Source: Nitrospirota bacterium
GTDB lineage: Bacteria > Nitrospirota > UBA9217
Assembly: GCA_963818475.1 (NCBI GenBank)
Contig: CAWFSF010000002.1
Span: forward strand, 640,001 to 704,000
Direction of reading: 5' to 3'
Length of the DNA: 64,000 nt
In this document: piece by piece, positions 40,067-54,844 of the stretch
Position numbering within the stretch: the first letter of the stretch is position 1
Layout of the letters: every line of letters begins with the position of its first letter
Program-made: the position numbers and the translations under genes
Notes under the pieces: generated by a model
Told to the model about the DNA's origin: nothing
What the model saw: only the letters and a program-made list of their open reading frames with translations
The model's database searches: none

Positions 40067-40555
40067 TTACCGTACCGGCTGCCTCAGGTTCTCAAAAAAA
40101 ACCTGAAGCGCATCGCGGCATTCTGCTTCAAGAATTCCGGGCGTGATGCGGTAGACGTGATTCAACCTGCCGTCACGGACCACATCATAGACCGATCCCA
40201 GAGCGCCGGCCTTGGGATCTCGACACCCGTACACCAGCCTGCCGACTCTTGCAAGCACCAGCGCACCGGAACACATAAGGCAGGGCTCAAGGGTCACATA
40301 CACGGTTGCGTCCGTCAACCGCCATCTGCCGAGCTTGGCCGAGGCTTCACGCACGACCAGTAGTTCAGCGTGCGCGGACGGGTCTTGCCAGGTCTCACGC
40401 ATGTTGTGGGAAGAGGCGATGACGTTGTTTCCGATGACCAGTACCGCGCCGATGGGCGTCTCACCTTCGGCGGCTGCTTTATGTGCCTCGGCAAGCGCAA
40501 GGCGCATGAACTCTTCGTCGGTCGTGTACGCGCCGTCATTCATCATGGTCGCCAA
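40067..40555 (-). CDS. tadA: tRNA adenosine(34) deaminase
   Basis: DPSAHAE, TLEPCLMC, DPKAGA, RLNH. Confidence 0.93.
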   Translation of the reverse strand: MATMMNDGAYTTDEEFMRLALAEAHKAAAEGETPIGAVLVIGNNVIASSHNMRETWQDPSAHAELLVVREASAKLGRWRLTDATVYVTLEPCLMCSGALVLARVGRLVYGCRDPKAGALGSVYDVVRDGRLNHVYRITPGILEAECRDALQVFFENLRQPVR

Positions 40556-40599
40556 AACATGACCGCAGCGAGCGCTGCGGTACCTTGGTAATATAATAA

Positions 40600-40676
40600 T
40601 GGTGCGCCCAAGAGGATTCGAACCTCTGGCCTACGGATTCGTAGTCCGTTGCTCTATCCAGCTGAGCTATGGGCGC
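40600..40676 (-). tRNA. tRNA-Arg(ACG)
   Basis: GCGCCCATAGCTCAGCTGGATAGAGCAACGGACT-ACG-AATCCGT..GTTCGAATC..ACCA. Confidence 0.95.
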
Positions 40677-40735
40677 AAAACAGATGCACAGAAGGGAATG
40701 CTTCTGTGCATCCAAAACCGTTCTGGTCGGACTGC

Positions 40736-41245
40736 TTACTTGTTCACGCCACCCACGAGCGTGATCGCAACTTGCTCATGTGCGTAGGGATGGATCCCGG
40801 GATGCATGGAATAAAGCCAGCCCTTCCACGCCTCTTTGCCCGGCTCGGTAATCGACACCTGCACTGCAGGATTGTTCGGCTTATCCGATGCGGAGGTGAT
40901 GTCCTTCTCGCCCATCCTGAAATCCGGGAGGAACGCAAGCACCTTGATCTTCATTTTTGTGTTCGGGACCGCCAGCTCAGAACCCACGGCCACGGTATAT
41001 TCTTTCGTGCTCTTGGCGGCCTTATCTTCGATGTTCAACTTCACTGCTTTCCATTTCGCCGTCACTGCAGCGGGAACGACGACCGCGCGGTCGACCTTCG
41101 GCATATCCGGCATCCCCGTCTGCGGCATGCCGCCTTCGGTGCTTGGGTGGCCTGGGGGCAACTGGGGCTTTTCTTCCTTCTTTTTGCAGCCCGCAACGGT
41201 AAAGATGAGGCTGCCGAGCAACAGAGCGACTACCAACTTCTTCAT
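40736..41245 (-). CDS. DUF2155-like lipoprotein
   Basis: Lipobox VAGC, LPPGHP, NPAV, WKGWLYSMHPGIHPYAH. Confidence 0.7.
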   Translation of the reverse strand: MKKLVVALLLGSLIFTVAGCKKKEEKPQLPPGHPSTEGGMPQTGMPDMPKVDRAVVVPAAVTAKWKAVKLNIEDKAAKSTKEYTVAVGSELAVPNTKMKIKVLAFLPDFRMGEKDITSASDKPNNPAVQVSITEPGKEAWKGWLYSMHPGIHPYAHEQVAITLVGGVNK

Positions 41246-41336
41246 GGTGATACCTCCTTAGGTACGTGAATATGGAATATGCAGGGAAAGCTTCCCTGGT
41301 CGTTCTACCCTTGCCCGCTCATGCTGCGCGGAAAAA

Positions 41337-41426
41337 TGGCGGAGAGGCCGGGATTCGAACCCGGGGTGGAGTCACCCCCACAACTGCTTAGCAGGCAGCT
41401 GCCTTCAGCCGCTCGGCCACCTCTCC
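41337..41426 (-). tRNA. tRNA-Ser(GCT)
   Basis: GGAGAGGTGGCCGAGCGG..GCTGCCT-GCT-AAGCAGT, long variable arm, CCA. Confidence 0.95.
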
Positions 41427-41495
41427 GTGCTAACGACAAATCTGAAAAAATCTGCATACTACAAATGCTGAACATGAAACGTACTATGATAATAT

Positions 41496-41581
<86 letters not shown>

Positions 41582-41584
41582 GGT

Positions 41585-41653
41585 ATTGATTGTAGATTGT
41601 TGATCGCAGTTTTTGGATGACACAATCCGCATACTGCAATCCGACATCCGCAA

Positions 41654-41654
<1 letters not shown>
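41585..41654. repeat. Family C heptamer repeat behind serS
   Basis: GATTGTA-GATTGTT-GATCGCA...AATCCGC-ATACTGC-AATCCGA-CATCCGC-AAT. Confidence 0.6.
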
Positions 41655-42955
<1,301 letters not shown>

Positions 42956-42982
42956 TTAGGGTATCATTCTCCTCGAACGTTG

Positions 42983-43783
42983 TCAATAGCTTTTCTTGAC
43001 GATCCTTGTTTCGAGCGCCTTGATCTTGATCTGGATCGCCTCGGGATTCGGGTAGGCCGGCTCGATGTCCTTGTAGAGCTTGAGCGCTTCCGCCAGTTCG
43101 CCTCCGGACTCAAGGCATCCGGCTAGAGCGAACTTGGCCTTGACCACGAGCTCCTGGTCCGGATTGCTGTCAATGGTCTTCCGGTAAAAGATCTTTGCCT
43201 CGTCGAGCTCACCCCTCGAAAAGGCCGTTGTCCCGAGCCTGAAGTAACCGAGCTTCACCTGCGGACCGGCAGGGAACTCATCAACCTGTTGCATCCAGAC
43301 CGTGCGCGCTTCGTCGACCTTCCCTACCCTGAACAAACAGTCGGCCAGGCTATAGAGGCTTTTCTCCTGGATCTCTCGGTTTGAATACCGGGCTGCCTTG
43401 CGATATTCCTCGATGGCGCGATCATAGTCGTTATAGCCCTGTTCATAGATATTGTGGGCGATATACCACTGGGCCTGCGGCGCCATGTCCCGGCGCGGAT
43501 ATCGTTTGAGCAGCAGTCGAAGGGTCTGCAGCGACTTATCGGTCTCGCCCAGGTAAAGAAACTGCGTCACCCCCACCCAGTACAGCGCATCATCAGCGCG
43601 GCTGCTGTAGGGATGTTCCTTGACCAGCGCCAGATACATCCTGGCCGCAGTCTGATACTCTCCGGCATTCCAGTGCTTGGTCGCCGCTTCATACTCGTTC
43701 TGTGCGCCCTTGTCGAATGCGTCACACCCGGTCAGTGCGATAGCGAACAGGAACAGCATCACGAGCTTCTTCATCCTGGCCAC
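42983..43783 (-). CDS. TPR lipoprotein (YbgF/BamD-like)
   Basis: Lipobox LTGC, ADDALYWVG, repeated TPRs. Confidence 0.8.
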   Translation of the reverse strand: MARMKKLVMLFLFAIALTGCDAFDKGAQNEYEAATKHWNAGEYQTAARMYLALVKEHPYSSRADDALYWVGVTQFLYLGETDKSLQTLRLLLKRYPRRDMAPQAQWYIAHNIYEQGYNDYDRAIEEYRKAARYSNREIQEKSLYSLADCLFRVGKVDEARTVWMQQVDEFPAGPQVKLGYFRLGTTAFSRGELDEAKIFYRKTIDSNPDQELVVKAKFALAGCLESGGELAEALKLYKDIEPAYPNPEAIQIKIKALETRIVKKSY

Positions 43784-43786
43784 AGC

Positions 43787-46270
43787 TCACGCACCCGGTC
43801 CAGCCGGCGGTTCCGGGGCGGCCTTTTCTCCAGCAGGCTCTTTTTCTTCTTCGCGCTCCACAAGCTTTGCAAAGCTGACCACTTTGTCGTCCGCCTCAAT
43901 ATCGAAGAGCCGCACACCCTGCGTATTTCGGCCCTGAACCGAAATGTCCCGGGCGCGGATCCGCAGGACCTTGCCGTTCGACGTGATCAGGATGATCTCG
44001 TCGTCCTCTGACACCTGGGCCATGCCGGTCACCCGCCCATTCTTCTCGGTGATCTTGAGCGTGAATATACCCTTGCCGCCCCGGCCCTGACTTCGGTAAT
44101 CTTCGAGAGTGCTTCGCTTGCCGTAGCCCTTTTCTGTCACGGTCAGGATCGTCGAGTCGTCGCGCACGATCTCCATGGCGACGACCTCATTACCTTCGTC
44201 GAGCCGGATGCCGATCACGCCCTTACCCGTCCGCCCGATTTCCCGCACATCGGTCTCGGAAAAGCGGATCGAAAGGCCGTCCCTCGTTCCGAGGAACACG
44301 TCGCACTTGCCATCGGTGACCTCGGAGGAGATGAGCTCGTCGCCCTCATCCAGGGTGATGGCGATGATGCCGGAAGGACGCGGATGGCTGTATGATTCGA
44401 GCTCGGTTTTCTTGATGATGCCGTTCTTCGTCGCCATCAGGATGAAGTGGCCCGGCATGAATTCACGGACCGGGAGCGCCGCGGTCACCCGCTCGTCCTG
44501 GCTGATCTGGATGAGGTTCACGATCGCCTTGCCCTTGGCCTGCCGGCTGGCCTCGGGGAGCTGGTGCACCTTGAGCCAGTACACCCGGCCCTTGTTCGTG
44601 AAGAAGAGGATGTAGCTGTGGGCCGATGCCGTGAAGAGGCGCTCCACGAAATCCGTCTCCTTGGTCTCCATCCCCATCTTTCCCTTGCCTCCGCGCCGTT
44701 GTGCGCGGTAGGACGTGAGTGGATTGCGCTTGATATAGCCGGCATGCGAGATGGTGATCACCATCTCTTCATCCTTGATCAGATCCTCGATATCGATCTC
44801 CGAGGCTTGGGGTACGATCTCGGTCCGGCGCTCATCGCCGTACTCTGCTTTTACCGCAAGGAGTTCGTCGCGGATGATCTTCATCACCAGTGAATCGGAA
44901 CCAAGGATCTCGGTCAGCCGTGCGATCTCCTTGAGCACCTCTTCATATTCTGCGATGATCTTGTCGCGTTCGAGGCCCGTGAGCCGCTGCAGCCGCATCT
45001 CGAGGATGGCCTGGGCCTGGATCTCGCTGAGCTTGAACTCGCGCACGAGGCCGGTCCTGGCCTCGTCGGGGTTAGCCGAAGCCTTGATCAGCGCGATGAC
45101 GGCATCGAGGTTGTCCAGCGCGATCTTGAGGCCCAGCAGGATATGCGCCCGTTCCTCCGCCTTCCGGAGATCGTACTTCGTCCGCCTGACCACCACTTCC
45201 CGGCGGTGCTGGATGAAATTCGACAGCAGTTTGCGCAGGTTCAGGACGCGCGGCTGGTTGTTCACCAGGGCGAGCATGATCACGCCAAAGGTGGACTGCA
45301 TGGCCGTATGCTTGTACAGCTGGTTCAGGATCACGGTCGAGATCTCGCCTTTTTTCAGGTCGATGGCAATGCGCATGCCTTCGCGGTCCGACTCATCCCG
45401 GATCTCGGAGATGCCGGTGATCTTTTTTTCCTGCACGAGCTCGGCGATCCGTTCGAGCAGGCGCGCCTTGTTCACCTGGTAGGGAAGTTCGGTCACGATA
45501 ATGCTCTCGCGGTCCCCTTTGCCCTCTTCGATCGCGGCACGAGCGCGCATCTGAATGATGCCCCGGCCGGTGAGATAGGCCTGCCTGATCCCTTCATACC
45601 CGTTGATGAAGCCTGCTGTCGGGAAATCGGGCCCTTTGATCGCGGTCATGAGGTCGGGGATCGTGACCTCGGGATTATCGATCATCATCACCAGGCCGTC
45701 GACGACCTCGGAGAGATTATGGGGCGGGATGTTCGTTGCCATGCCTACGGCAATCCCGGCCGAACCGTTGATCAGGAGGTTCGGCACCCGCGTCGGCAAC
45801 ACGGAAGGCTCGACGGTGGTTTCATCGAAGTTCGGGATGAAATCAACGGTCTCCTTGTCGATGTCGGCGAGCAGTTCTTCCGCTAATTTGGTGAGCCTGG
45901 CTTCCGTATACCGGTACGCCGCCGCCGGGTCGCCGTCAACGGAGCCGAAATTGCCCTGGCCATCGACAAGCCGGTAGCGCATGTTGAAGTCCTGCGCCAT
46001 CCTGACCATGGTATCGTAGACCGCGCTGTCGCCGTGAGGATGGTACTTCTTCAACACCTCGCCGACCACGCCCGCGCTCTTGGAGTATTTCTTGTTATGC
46101 AGCAGCCCTTCACGGAACATGGCGTACAGGATGCGCCGGTGCACGGGTTTCAATCCGTCGCGCACATCGGGGAGCGCCCGCCCCACGATCACGCTCATGG
46201 AGTAGTCGAGATAGGAGGTTTTCATCTCCTGTTCGATATTGATCTGCGATTTTATGTCCTGAGGTTCCAT
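43787..46270 (-). CDS. gyrA: DNA gyrase subunit A
   Basis: [33 protein letters not shown], GyrA box QRRGGKG. Confidence 0.97.
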   Translation of the reverse strand: MEPQDIKSQINIEQEMKTSYLDYSMSVIVGRALPDVRDGLKPVHRRILYAMFREGLLHNKKYSKSAGVVGEVLKKYHPHGDSAVYDTMVRMAQDFNMRYRLVDGQGNFGSVDGDPAAAYRYTEARLTKLAEELLADIDKETVDFIPNFDETTVEPSVLPTRVPNLLINGSAGIAVGMATNIPPHNLSEVVDGLVMMIDNPEVTIPDLMTAIKGPDFPTAGFINGYEGIRQAYLTGRGIIQMRARAAIEEGKGDRESIIVTELPYQVNKARLLERIAELVQEKKITGISEIRDESDREGMRIAIDLKKGEISTVILNQLYKHTAMQSTFGVIMLALVNNQPRVLNLRKLLSNFIQHRREVVVRRTKYDLRKAEERAHILLGLKIALDNLDAVIALIKASANPDEARTGLVREFKLSEIQAQAILEMRLQRLTGLERDKIIAEYEEVLKEIARLTEILGSDSLVMKIIRDELLAVKAEYGDERRTEIVPQASEIDIEDLIKDEEMVITISHAGYIKRNPLTSYRAQRRGGKGKMGMETKETDFVERLFTASAHSYILFFTNKGRVYWLKVHQLPEASRQAKGKAIVNLIQISQDERVTAALPVREFMPGHFILMATKNGIIKKTELESYSHPRPSGIIAITLDEGDELISSEVTDGKCDVFLGTRDGLSIRFSETDVREIGRTGKGVIGIRLDEGNEVVAMEIVRDDSTILTVTEKGYGKRSTLEDYRSQGRGGKGIFTLKITEKNGRVTGMAQVSEDDEIILITSNGKVLRIRARDISVQGRNTQGVRLFDIEADDKVVSFAKLVEREEEKEPAGEKAAPEPPAGPGA

Positions 46271-46280
46271 AATTTATGTG

Positions 46281-46332
46281 CAAATCCTAAATTCGAATTT
46301 CTAAATCCTAAAGCGTTTAGGGTTTCGAGATA
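46281..46332. repeat. Family C-like heptamer repeat (AAATCCT/AAATTCG) between gyrB and gyrA
   Basis: AAATCCT-AAATTCG-AATTTCT-AAATCCT-AAA then inverse TTTAGGGTTTCGAG. Confidence 0.65.
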
Positions 46333-46356
46333 TTACGCTCTTCGTGCTTCGTTTGC

Positions 46357-48807
<2,451 letters not shown>

Positions 48808-48819
48808 TCACATCCAGAG

Positions 48820-48953
48820 CAAATCCCAAATTGCAAAACACAAATTACAAACAATTTCCAAATATTCAAACCAAAACCACTTGGCGCCTGTTTGACCATT
48901 GGTTATCGGTGTTTGGAATTTATTTGTAATTTGGCGCTTGTACTTTGGAAGTT
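48820..48953. repeat. Inverted heptamer-repeat element between dnaN and gyrB
   Basis: AAATCCC-AAATTGC-AAAACAC-AAATTAC-AAACAATTTCCAAAT with inverse TTTGGAATTTATTTGTAATTTGG..TTTGGAAG. Confidence 0.75.
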
Positions 48954-48957
48954 ACCA

Positions 48958-50073
48958 TCACACCCGCATGGGCATGACAACGCACTTGTAGTGCTCGTCG
49001 CCCTCTTCCTTGATCAGGCAGGGGCTCAGGGGATCGCTCAGCTCCAGCGAGATGTTCTGCTTGTCCATGGCGGTCAGCACGTCCATGAGATAGCGGGAAT
49101 TGAATCCGATGGCAAGGTCTTCGCCGGTATAGGCCACCGCAAGTTCTTCGCTCGCTTCGCCGATCTCGGGATTGTTCGTGGAGAGCACCAGGCGGTTTTT
49201 TTCGAGCTGCACCTTGACCGCGTTCGTTTTCTCCTTGGACAGGATCGATACGCGTTTTACGGCATGCATGAACTCATCCTTGGCCACAACGATCTTCTTG
49301 GTGTTCTGCGACGGCAGCACCTGCTGATAGTTGGGGTAATTGCCGTCGATGAGCTTCGACACCATGACCAGCCCGTCCCGCTTGAACAGGGCGTGGTTCT
49401 TGCTGAACCCGAGCCGCAGCTCCGTGCCGGAGGAGCCTTCCTCCAGAAGCCGCCGGAGCTCAAGCATTGCCTTCTTCGGGATGATCATGCTCTCTTCCGC
49501 GTGCTTTGCTTCCACGACCCGGTCGATCATCGAAAGGCGGTGGCCGTCGGTGCCGACCATGCGGATGTTCAGGCCGTTCTTGGCCTGGGTCATGTGTACG
49601 AACAGCCCGTTCAGCACATACCGGGCGTCATTTTCGCCGACCGAGTAGAGCGTTTTTTTGATCATGTCCCGGAGCGTTTCGCCGTCGATGGTGATCAGGC
49701 CGTCTTCGGCCACATCGGGCAGCGCAGGGAACTCGTCCTTGGGCAGGCCGACGAGCTTGAACTGCGAATGGCCCGAGACTATCTTTACCCAGCTGCCTTC
49801 GTCAACGCGGATCTGGATATCCTCTGCCGGAAGCTCCCGAACGATCTCGTACATCTTCTTGGCCGACACGGTGACGGCCCCGGGCCGTTCGATCTCGGCG
49901 GCATACCTGCCGCGCAGTCCGATCTCAAGGTCGGTGGCAATGATCTCCAGAGCGCCGTTCTCCGCCGAAAGCAGCATGTTCGACAGGATCGGCATGGTGT
50001 TCTTCTTTTCGACAACACCCTGGATCCGCTGCAGACCCTTCAGGAATTCCTCTTTTTTGATTTTCAGTTTCAT
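48958..50073 (-). CDS. dnaN: DNA polymerase III beta sliding clamp
   Basis: PILSN, ATDLEIG, GTDGHRL, YPNY, GFNSRYL, VVMPMR. Confidence 0.97.
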   Translation of the reverse strand: MKLKIKKEEFLKGLQRIQGVVEKKNTMPILSNMLLSAENGALEIIATDLEIGLRGRYAAEIERPGAVTVSAKKMYEIVRELPAEDIQIRVDEGSWVKIVSGHSQFKLVGLPKDEFPALPDVAEDGLITIDGETLRDMIKKTLYSVGENDARYVLNGLFVHMTQAKNGLNIRMVGTDGHRLSMIDRVVEAKHAEESMIIPKKAMLELRRLLEEGSSGTELRLGFSKNHALFKRDGLVMVSKLIDGNYPNYQQVLPSQNTKKIVVAKDEFMHAVKRVSILSKEKTNAVKVQLEKNRLVLSTNNPEIGEASEELAVAYTGEDLAIGFNSRYLMDVLTAMDKQNISLELSDPLSPCLIKEEGDEHYKCVVMPMRV

Positions 50074-50161
50074 CTAGGGAAGCCTCCCGTGACCATTCGG
50101 AGATAGTATCAGAATCCCCATTAAATAGCAATACAAAATTTACCCTGTTTACCTTTTTATT

Positions 50162-51496
50162 TCAAGATTTTAGCTGCTTGATGAGCGCCTCGATACGGGC
50201 CTTGAGTTCCGGGTCTTTTTCTTTTTTTTCCTCGATCACTTTAATTGCGTGAATGACCGTACTGTGGTCCTTTCCGCCAAACACGTTTCCCGTCTCGGGA
50301 AGCGATGTTCCGACAAGCGTACGGCAGAGGTACATGCCGACCTGGCGCGGAAGGACCACTGCCTTGGTGCGCCGTTTTGATTTCAGGTCCGAGATCTTTA
50401 CGCCGAAGGCCTCGGCCACGACCTTCTGAACAAGGTCGTTCGTAATGATCTTGTCCCGCGCTTCAATGAGATACCGGAGCTCTTCACGGGCCAGCTCCTG
50501 GGTGATCTCCCGGTTGGTAAGCGATGAGACCGCGCCCAGCTTGACCAGTCCGCCTTCAAGCTCCCGAATGTTGCTCTTCATGGTCGTTGCGAGAAAAAGA
50601 GCAACGTCATCGGGCAGCCGGATGGCCCAGAACTCCGCTTTTTTCTTCACGATGGCGATCCTCGTTTCGAGGTCCGGCGGCTGTATATCGGCGATCAGGC
50701 CGGACTCGAATCGCGACCGGAGCCGTTCCTCGATGTCGGGGATCTCTTTCGGCTGGCGGTCGCTGGTGAGGACGATCTGCTTCTGCGCTTCATAGAGGGC
50801 ATTGAACGTGTGAAAGAACTCTTCCTGCGTCCGTTCCTTGTTGGCAATGAACTGGATATCATCGATCAGCAGGATGTCGATATTGCGGTATTTCTGGCGG
50901 AACTCCTCCATCCGCTGGTGGCTGATGCGGTTGATGAGCTCGTTCGTGAACTGCTCGGAAGAGAGATAGGCGACGCGGGTCTTCGGTGATTTGCTCTGGA
51001 TGTGATGGCCGATGGCGTTGACCAGGTGGGTCTTGCCCAGCCCGACGCCGCTGTAGATGAACAGCGGATTATAAGATCGGCCGGGCGCATCCGCCACGGC
51101 CTTGGCAGCTGCATGGGCGAACTGGTTGCTGGGCCCGACCACAAAAGTGCTGAAGATGTATTTTTTTTCGAAGTGGCCTACCCGCTCTTCCCGCGGCTCG
51201 CCCTTTTCTTCCTTCGGCAGCCGGGCAGGCTTCTTTTTTTGGGGCTGTTCGGGCTGAACATAGAAGTCGATCTCCATGTCATCCCGCTTGGTGACCTCTT
51301 TGATCACATCGGTCAGGGTGGTCCAGTGATGCTCCTTGATCCAGTCACGGTGAAACTTGCTCGGCACCTCGATCTGCATCCTGTTGCCTTCGAGGGAAAC
51401 AAGCTTGGACTGGCTGAACCAGGTGTCGTAACCCTGCTTGGACATTCGGTTTTCTATCAGTAATTGTATCTCTTCCCACAGTCTGATCTGATCCAT
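50162..51496 (-). CDS. dnaA: Chromosomal replication initiator DnaA
   Basis: YNPLFIYSGVGLGKTHL, LLIDDIQF, RLRSRF, NIRELEG, GGKDHSTV. Confidence 0.97.
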   Translation of the reverse strand: MDQIRLWEEIQLLIENRMSKQGYDTWFSQSKLVSLEGNRMQIEVPSKFHRDWIKEHHWTTLTDVIKEVTKRDDMEIDFYVQPEQPQKKKPARLPKEEKGEPREERVGHFEKKYIFSTFVVGPSNQFAHAAAKAVADAPGRSYNPLFIYSGVGLGKTHLVNAIGHHIQSKSPKTRVAYLSSEQFTNELINRISHQRMEEFRQKYRNIDILLIDDIQFIANKERTQEEFFHTFNALYEAQKQIVLTSDRQPKEIPDIEERLRSRFESGLIADIQPPDLETRIAIVKKKAEFWAIRLPDDVALFLATTMKSNIRELEGGLVKLGAVSSLTNREITQELAREELRYLIEARDKIITNDLVQKVVAEAFGVKISDLKSKRRTKAVVLPRQVGMYLCRTLVGTSLPETGNVFGGKDHSTVIHAIKVIEEKKEKDPELKARIEALIKQLKS

Positions 51497-51532
51497 AAAA
51501 ACCCCAAAAAACGGCCCTGGTTACAAACATGC

Positions 51533-51541
51533 TTATCCACA
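51533..51541 (+). promoter_or_regulatory. Consensus DnaA box in the dnaA leader
   Basis: TTATCCACA. Confidence 0.85.
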
Positions 51542-51725
51542 GGTGTTGATAGTCTGTTTTTTCCATTGTTTTTCTTGTTGTTACGATTGTGCTCGGAGGT
51601 ATATTGTCCGCTTTTTGTTTGCTCAATTTTGCTGGATTTTTTGCATCTCCGGATGGTCGAATCTAGTACGCATCTTGCAATTTCTTTTTGCTCATGTGAT
51701 TAATGCCTGTTTCAAGAGAGGCATG

Positions 51726-51754
51726 ACTATAACAGAACACGCCAATTCTGGCAA
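51726..51754 (-). promoter_or_regulatory. dnaA promoter (sigma70 type)
   Basis: Minus strand TTGCCA-17-TATAGT with TG extension. Confidence 0.65.
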
Positions 51755-52018
51755 GGTATTTTTATGCTTCACAGCAGCTGCCTGACCGCTTGCCACTGGA
51801 CCACCGTTACTGCTGCAGGCTATTGGGAACGGGTTCCCGCAGCCCGGGAGTATGAGAAGTATCAGTGTTTCCCCAGAGCCGCCATCTTCCCGCTTGGTAA
51901 AAAAGTGCTTGACTTCGAAACTCTCGATGCTGTATTATAAAACAAGTGTTTCAAATGCATATTTTATGTTTGTGCTTGCGAACACCTATCTATTTCTCTT
52001 AAAACTGGAGGAGACAAC

Positions 52019-52261
52019 ATGGCTGCGGATATCAAGGTTGATCAGACGCTGGACTGCAAGGGAATGAGTTGCCCCTTGCCCATTCTCAAGACCAAAAAGG
52101 CTGTCGAGGCGCTTACGAAAGGCCAGGTCCTGAAGGTGGAGACTACGGATGCCGGCTCCAAGAACGATATGAGCTCATGGGCCAAGAGGACCGGCAATGA
52201 GATTCTGAACGTCGAGGAAGGCTCCGGCACATTCACGTTTTATATCAAGAAGACCGCTTAA
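52019..52261 (+). CDS. tusA: TusA-family sulfurtransferase
   Basis: LDCKGMSCPLPILKT, TTDAGSKND; SD GGAGG. Confidence 0.92.
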   Translation: MAADIKVDQTLDCKGMSCPLPILKTKKAVEALTKGQVLKVETTDAGSKNDMSSWAKRTGNEILNVEEGSGTFTFYIKKTA

Positions 52262-52273
52262 GGAGAACTGTAC

Positions 52274-52747
52274 ATGGCAAACAAAAAAATGACGATCATC
52301 GCATCCAAGGGCTCACTGGACATGGCATATCCGCCGCTAATCCTTGCCACCACTGCTGCTGCCATGGATGTGGACGTTACGATATTCTTCACGTTTTACG
52401 GACTTGAAATGATCAAAAAAGGCAACGCGGATAATCTCAAGGTCTCCCCTCTGGGCAACCCGGCCATGCCCATGCCGGTTCCGATCCCGACGCTCGTGGC
52501 ATCCCTGCCGGGCATGGAATCGGTCGCAACGGCGATGATGAAGTCCATGTTCAGCAAACACGGGGTTGCATCCATCGGCCAGCTGCTCGACCTAGCCAAG
52601 GAGGCAGGCGTAAAGCTTATTGCCTGCCAGATGACCATGGATGTCATGGGCGTCAAGCAGTCGGACATCATTGACGGCGTCGAATTCGGCGGTGCTGCCA
52701 CCTGGATGGACCTGGCCGCTGATGCGGACATCAACCTGTTCGTGTAG
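52274..52747 (+). CDS. DsrE2-type (DsrE/DsrF/DrsH-like) sulfur relay protein
   Basis: [31 protein letters not shown]. Confidence 0.88.
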   Translation: MANKKMTIIASKGSLDMAYPPLILATTAAAMDVDVTIFFTFYGLEMIKKGNADNLKVSPLGNPAMPMPVPIPTLVASLPGMESVATAMMKSMFSKHGVASIGQLLDLAKEAGVKLIACQMTMDVMGVKQSDIIDGVEFGGAATWMDLAADADINLFV

Positions 52748-52779
52748 CACGACCCTTACGGCGCTCTTCGCGCAATCTT

Positions 52780-52810
52780 CAACCGGTTCTGATGCCAGAA
52801 CCGGTTTTTT
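52780..52810 (+). terminator. Terminator after tusA-dsrE2
   Basis: AACCGGTTCTG/CAGAACCGGTT plus T run. Confidence 0.8.
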
Positions 52811-52865
52811 GTTTTTCTGGCTTTCATTTGCTGGACTTTTTTCCACGTTTATGCTAAAAAAAAAC

Positions 52866-53207
52866 ATGCAGATACCTATCGATCTAAAATATGACGACAA
52901 AGGACTGATTCCGGCAGTGGTCCAGGACTGGCAGAACGGCCAGATCCTCATGGTTGCCTACATGAACGCCGAATCACTGAAGAAAACCGTTGAGACTCGC
53001 CTCACCTGGTTCTGGAGCCGCTCACGCCAGAAGTTCTGGCAAAAGGGCGAGACCTCCGGCCATATCCAGCGGGTCAAGGACATCCTCTATGATTGTGACC
53101 AGGATACGCTGCTCATCAAGGTGGAGCAGACCGGCCCGGCATGCCACACCGGGGAACAGAGCTGCTTCTTCAGGAGCTTCCTGGACAAGAAGAAGGGTGC
53201 CAAATGA
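52866..53207 (+). CDS. hisI: Phosphoribosyl-AMP cyclohydrolase
   Basis: [33 protein letters not shown]. Confidence 0.95.
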   Translation: MQIPIDLKYDDKGLIPAVVQDWQNGQILMVAYMNAESLKKTVETRLTWFWSRSRQKFWQKGETSGHIQRVKDILYDCDQDTLLIKVEQTGPACHTGEQSCFFRSFLDKKKGAK

Positions 53208-53551
53208 GCGACAGCTGCATTTTCTGCAAGATCATCGAAAAGAAGATCCCATCCAGGATCGTTTATGAAGATCAGCACGTATTCGCTTTTGAGGATGTCA
53301 ATCCGCAGGCGCCGGTCCATATCCTTGTGGTCCCCAAAAAACATTTACCCGACATTCAGAGCATGGCAGAGATCGATCGGGAGCTTGTGGGCCACCTCTT
53401 TCTTGCAGCAACAAAGATCGCCGCAGATAAAGGTCTTGTTGAAAAGGGATATCGTACGGTGATCAATAATGGCGCCGGTGCGGGCCAGACAGTCTTCCAT
53501 ATTCATCTGCATATTCTGTCGGGTCGGCGCTTTGCCTGGCCCCCGGGATAA
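53204..53551 (+). CDS. hinT: HIT family nucleotide-binding protein
   Basis: [23 protein letters not shown]. Confidence 0.92.
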   Translation: MSDSCIFCKIIEKKIPSRIVYEDQHVFAFEDVNPQAPVHILVVPKKHLPDIQSMAEIDRELVGHLFLAATKIAADKGLVEKGYRTVINNGAGAGQTVFHIHLHILSGRRFAWPPG

Positions 53552-53559
53552 CCTACAAA

Positions 53560-53770
53560 CAACTTCGCTGTGCATAACAACCTAACAACCTGTTCAAAAC
53601 CGTAAACACGAGGTTTTCAACAATCCGACCACAGACCATCAACAGGACCGGCCAGAAGTTCTTCCTAATCCTTTCGTTCACTTTTTCAAATGGTTCATGC
53701 TGGTACTCACATTTCCACATCCCCTACTACTACTACTACTAATTTATTAAGTATAGATGTATAGTAGTTC
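53560..53770 (+). other. oriC: Replication origin oriC: DnaA boxes, GC spacer, DnaA-trios and AT-rich unwinding element
   Basis: TGTGCATAA(53569), TTTTCAACA(53614), then GTACTCACA-TTTCCACA-TCCCC-(TAC)x5(53725-53739)-TAATTTATTAAGTATA. Confidence 0.82.
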
Positions 53771-53920
53771 TTACGTCGCTTTGGTGTGAGTTATGTCTCT
53801 TTTTCTTCAGCACCTTTTTATGATCTGTCATAAAAAAAATTAATTGGCCTTGATGACTCTCCCATGGTATGGTTACGGCATCATACCGATCGGTTAAACA
53901 ACTTTCTTCAGGGAGGGCGC

Positions 53921-54289
53921 ATGGAAAACAAGGAATTCGTTTTTGTCATTACCCATTCATACGATGCTATTGAACGCGCGGCAGCTGCGCTCCAGCTTGC
54001 GACGAACATGATGGCCTTTGATGCGAAGATCGTTTTTTTTCTTATGAACGAGGGCGTGCATCTGGCGCGCAAAGGCTTTGTGGATTCCGTTACCTGGCAA
54101 AAAGGTTTTTCCCCGGTTGCCGACCTGATGAAAAGCCTGGTAGAAGACTTTGATTGTAAATTCTACATTTGCGCATCCTGTGTGAAACCTTATGGACTAG
54201 AAGGTGCGGAGTGGATCAAGAACGCAGAGGTAAAACCGGGATCCTACCTGGGTGAACTTTTGATGCAGCGCCAGAACGTGACGTTCTGA
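53921..54289 (+). CDS. DsrE family protein
   Basis: FFLMNEGV, FYICASC; SD GGAGG. Confidence 0.8.
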   Translation: MENKEFVFVITHSYDAIERAAAALQLATNMMAFDAKIVFFLMNEGVHLARKGFVDSVTWQKGFSPVADLMKSLVEDFDCKFYICASCVKPYGLEGAEWIKNAEVKPGSYLGELLMQRQNVTF

Positions 54290-54360
54290 AGACACTCGCA
54301 ATTTCTAAATTGCTCTCATGACCTCTGCCGATCATTCAATTGCCAATGTCTCAGAAAACT

Positions 54361-54455
54361 GCATTTGACAACTACGGATTTTTTAGACAGAGGCTTCACC
54401 CTTTTATTTTTTCCGCTTTTATCCGGTGTTATTCCGCTCCTTCCGTGTCCAAATG
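54361..54455. repeat. Family A element, degenerate copy 3
   Basis: GCATTTGACAACTACGGA...TTATCCGGTGTTATTCCGCTCCTTCCGTGTCCAAATG. Confidence 0.65.
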
Positions 54456-54512
54456 ATTTTTTCAATATGATCTTTTCAGTTTTACTGTTGACTACGCACA
54501 TAAGGATTATTC

Positions 54513-54722
54513 ATGAACGAGTTTAAACTGGAAGGTCAGGAATATATCGAATTGAATAATCTGCTCAAGATCATGGGCTTGATCGACAGCGGTGGTATGG
54601 CAAAGATCGTGATCGCCGAAGGGCGTGTCAAGGTGGACGGAGCGATCGAATTGCGGCGACGCTGTAAGATCCGTACCGGCCAGAAGGTCGAATTTGAAGG
54701 GCGCACCGTCGTTGTTGTGTGA
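54513..54722 (+). CDS. S4-domain RNA-binding protein (YaaA/YbcJ)
   Basis: EYIELNNLLK..SGGMAK..VKVDG..RRRCKIR. Confidence 0.9.
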   Translation: MNEFKLEGQEYIELNNLLKIMGLIDSGGMAKIVIAEGRVKVDGAIELRRRCKIRTGQKVEFEGRTVVVV

Positions 54723-54844
54723 CCAGCCGTTGTAGATATGCCGCGTAACACATCCCCGAGCACACTAGAAAGCACATCGCGCTCCGCTAACTCCTATCCG
54801 ATCGGCTATTTACAGACAGGCAGAATCATGGTATAAAACCAGCC

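Noticed and set aside
53725-53739. Simple microsatellite or phase-variation tract (TAC)x5
   Set aside because: Its position after DnaA boxes and a C run, before an AT-rich tract, fits DnaA-trios better.
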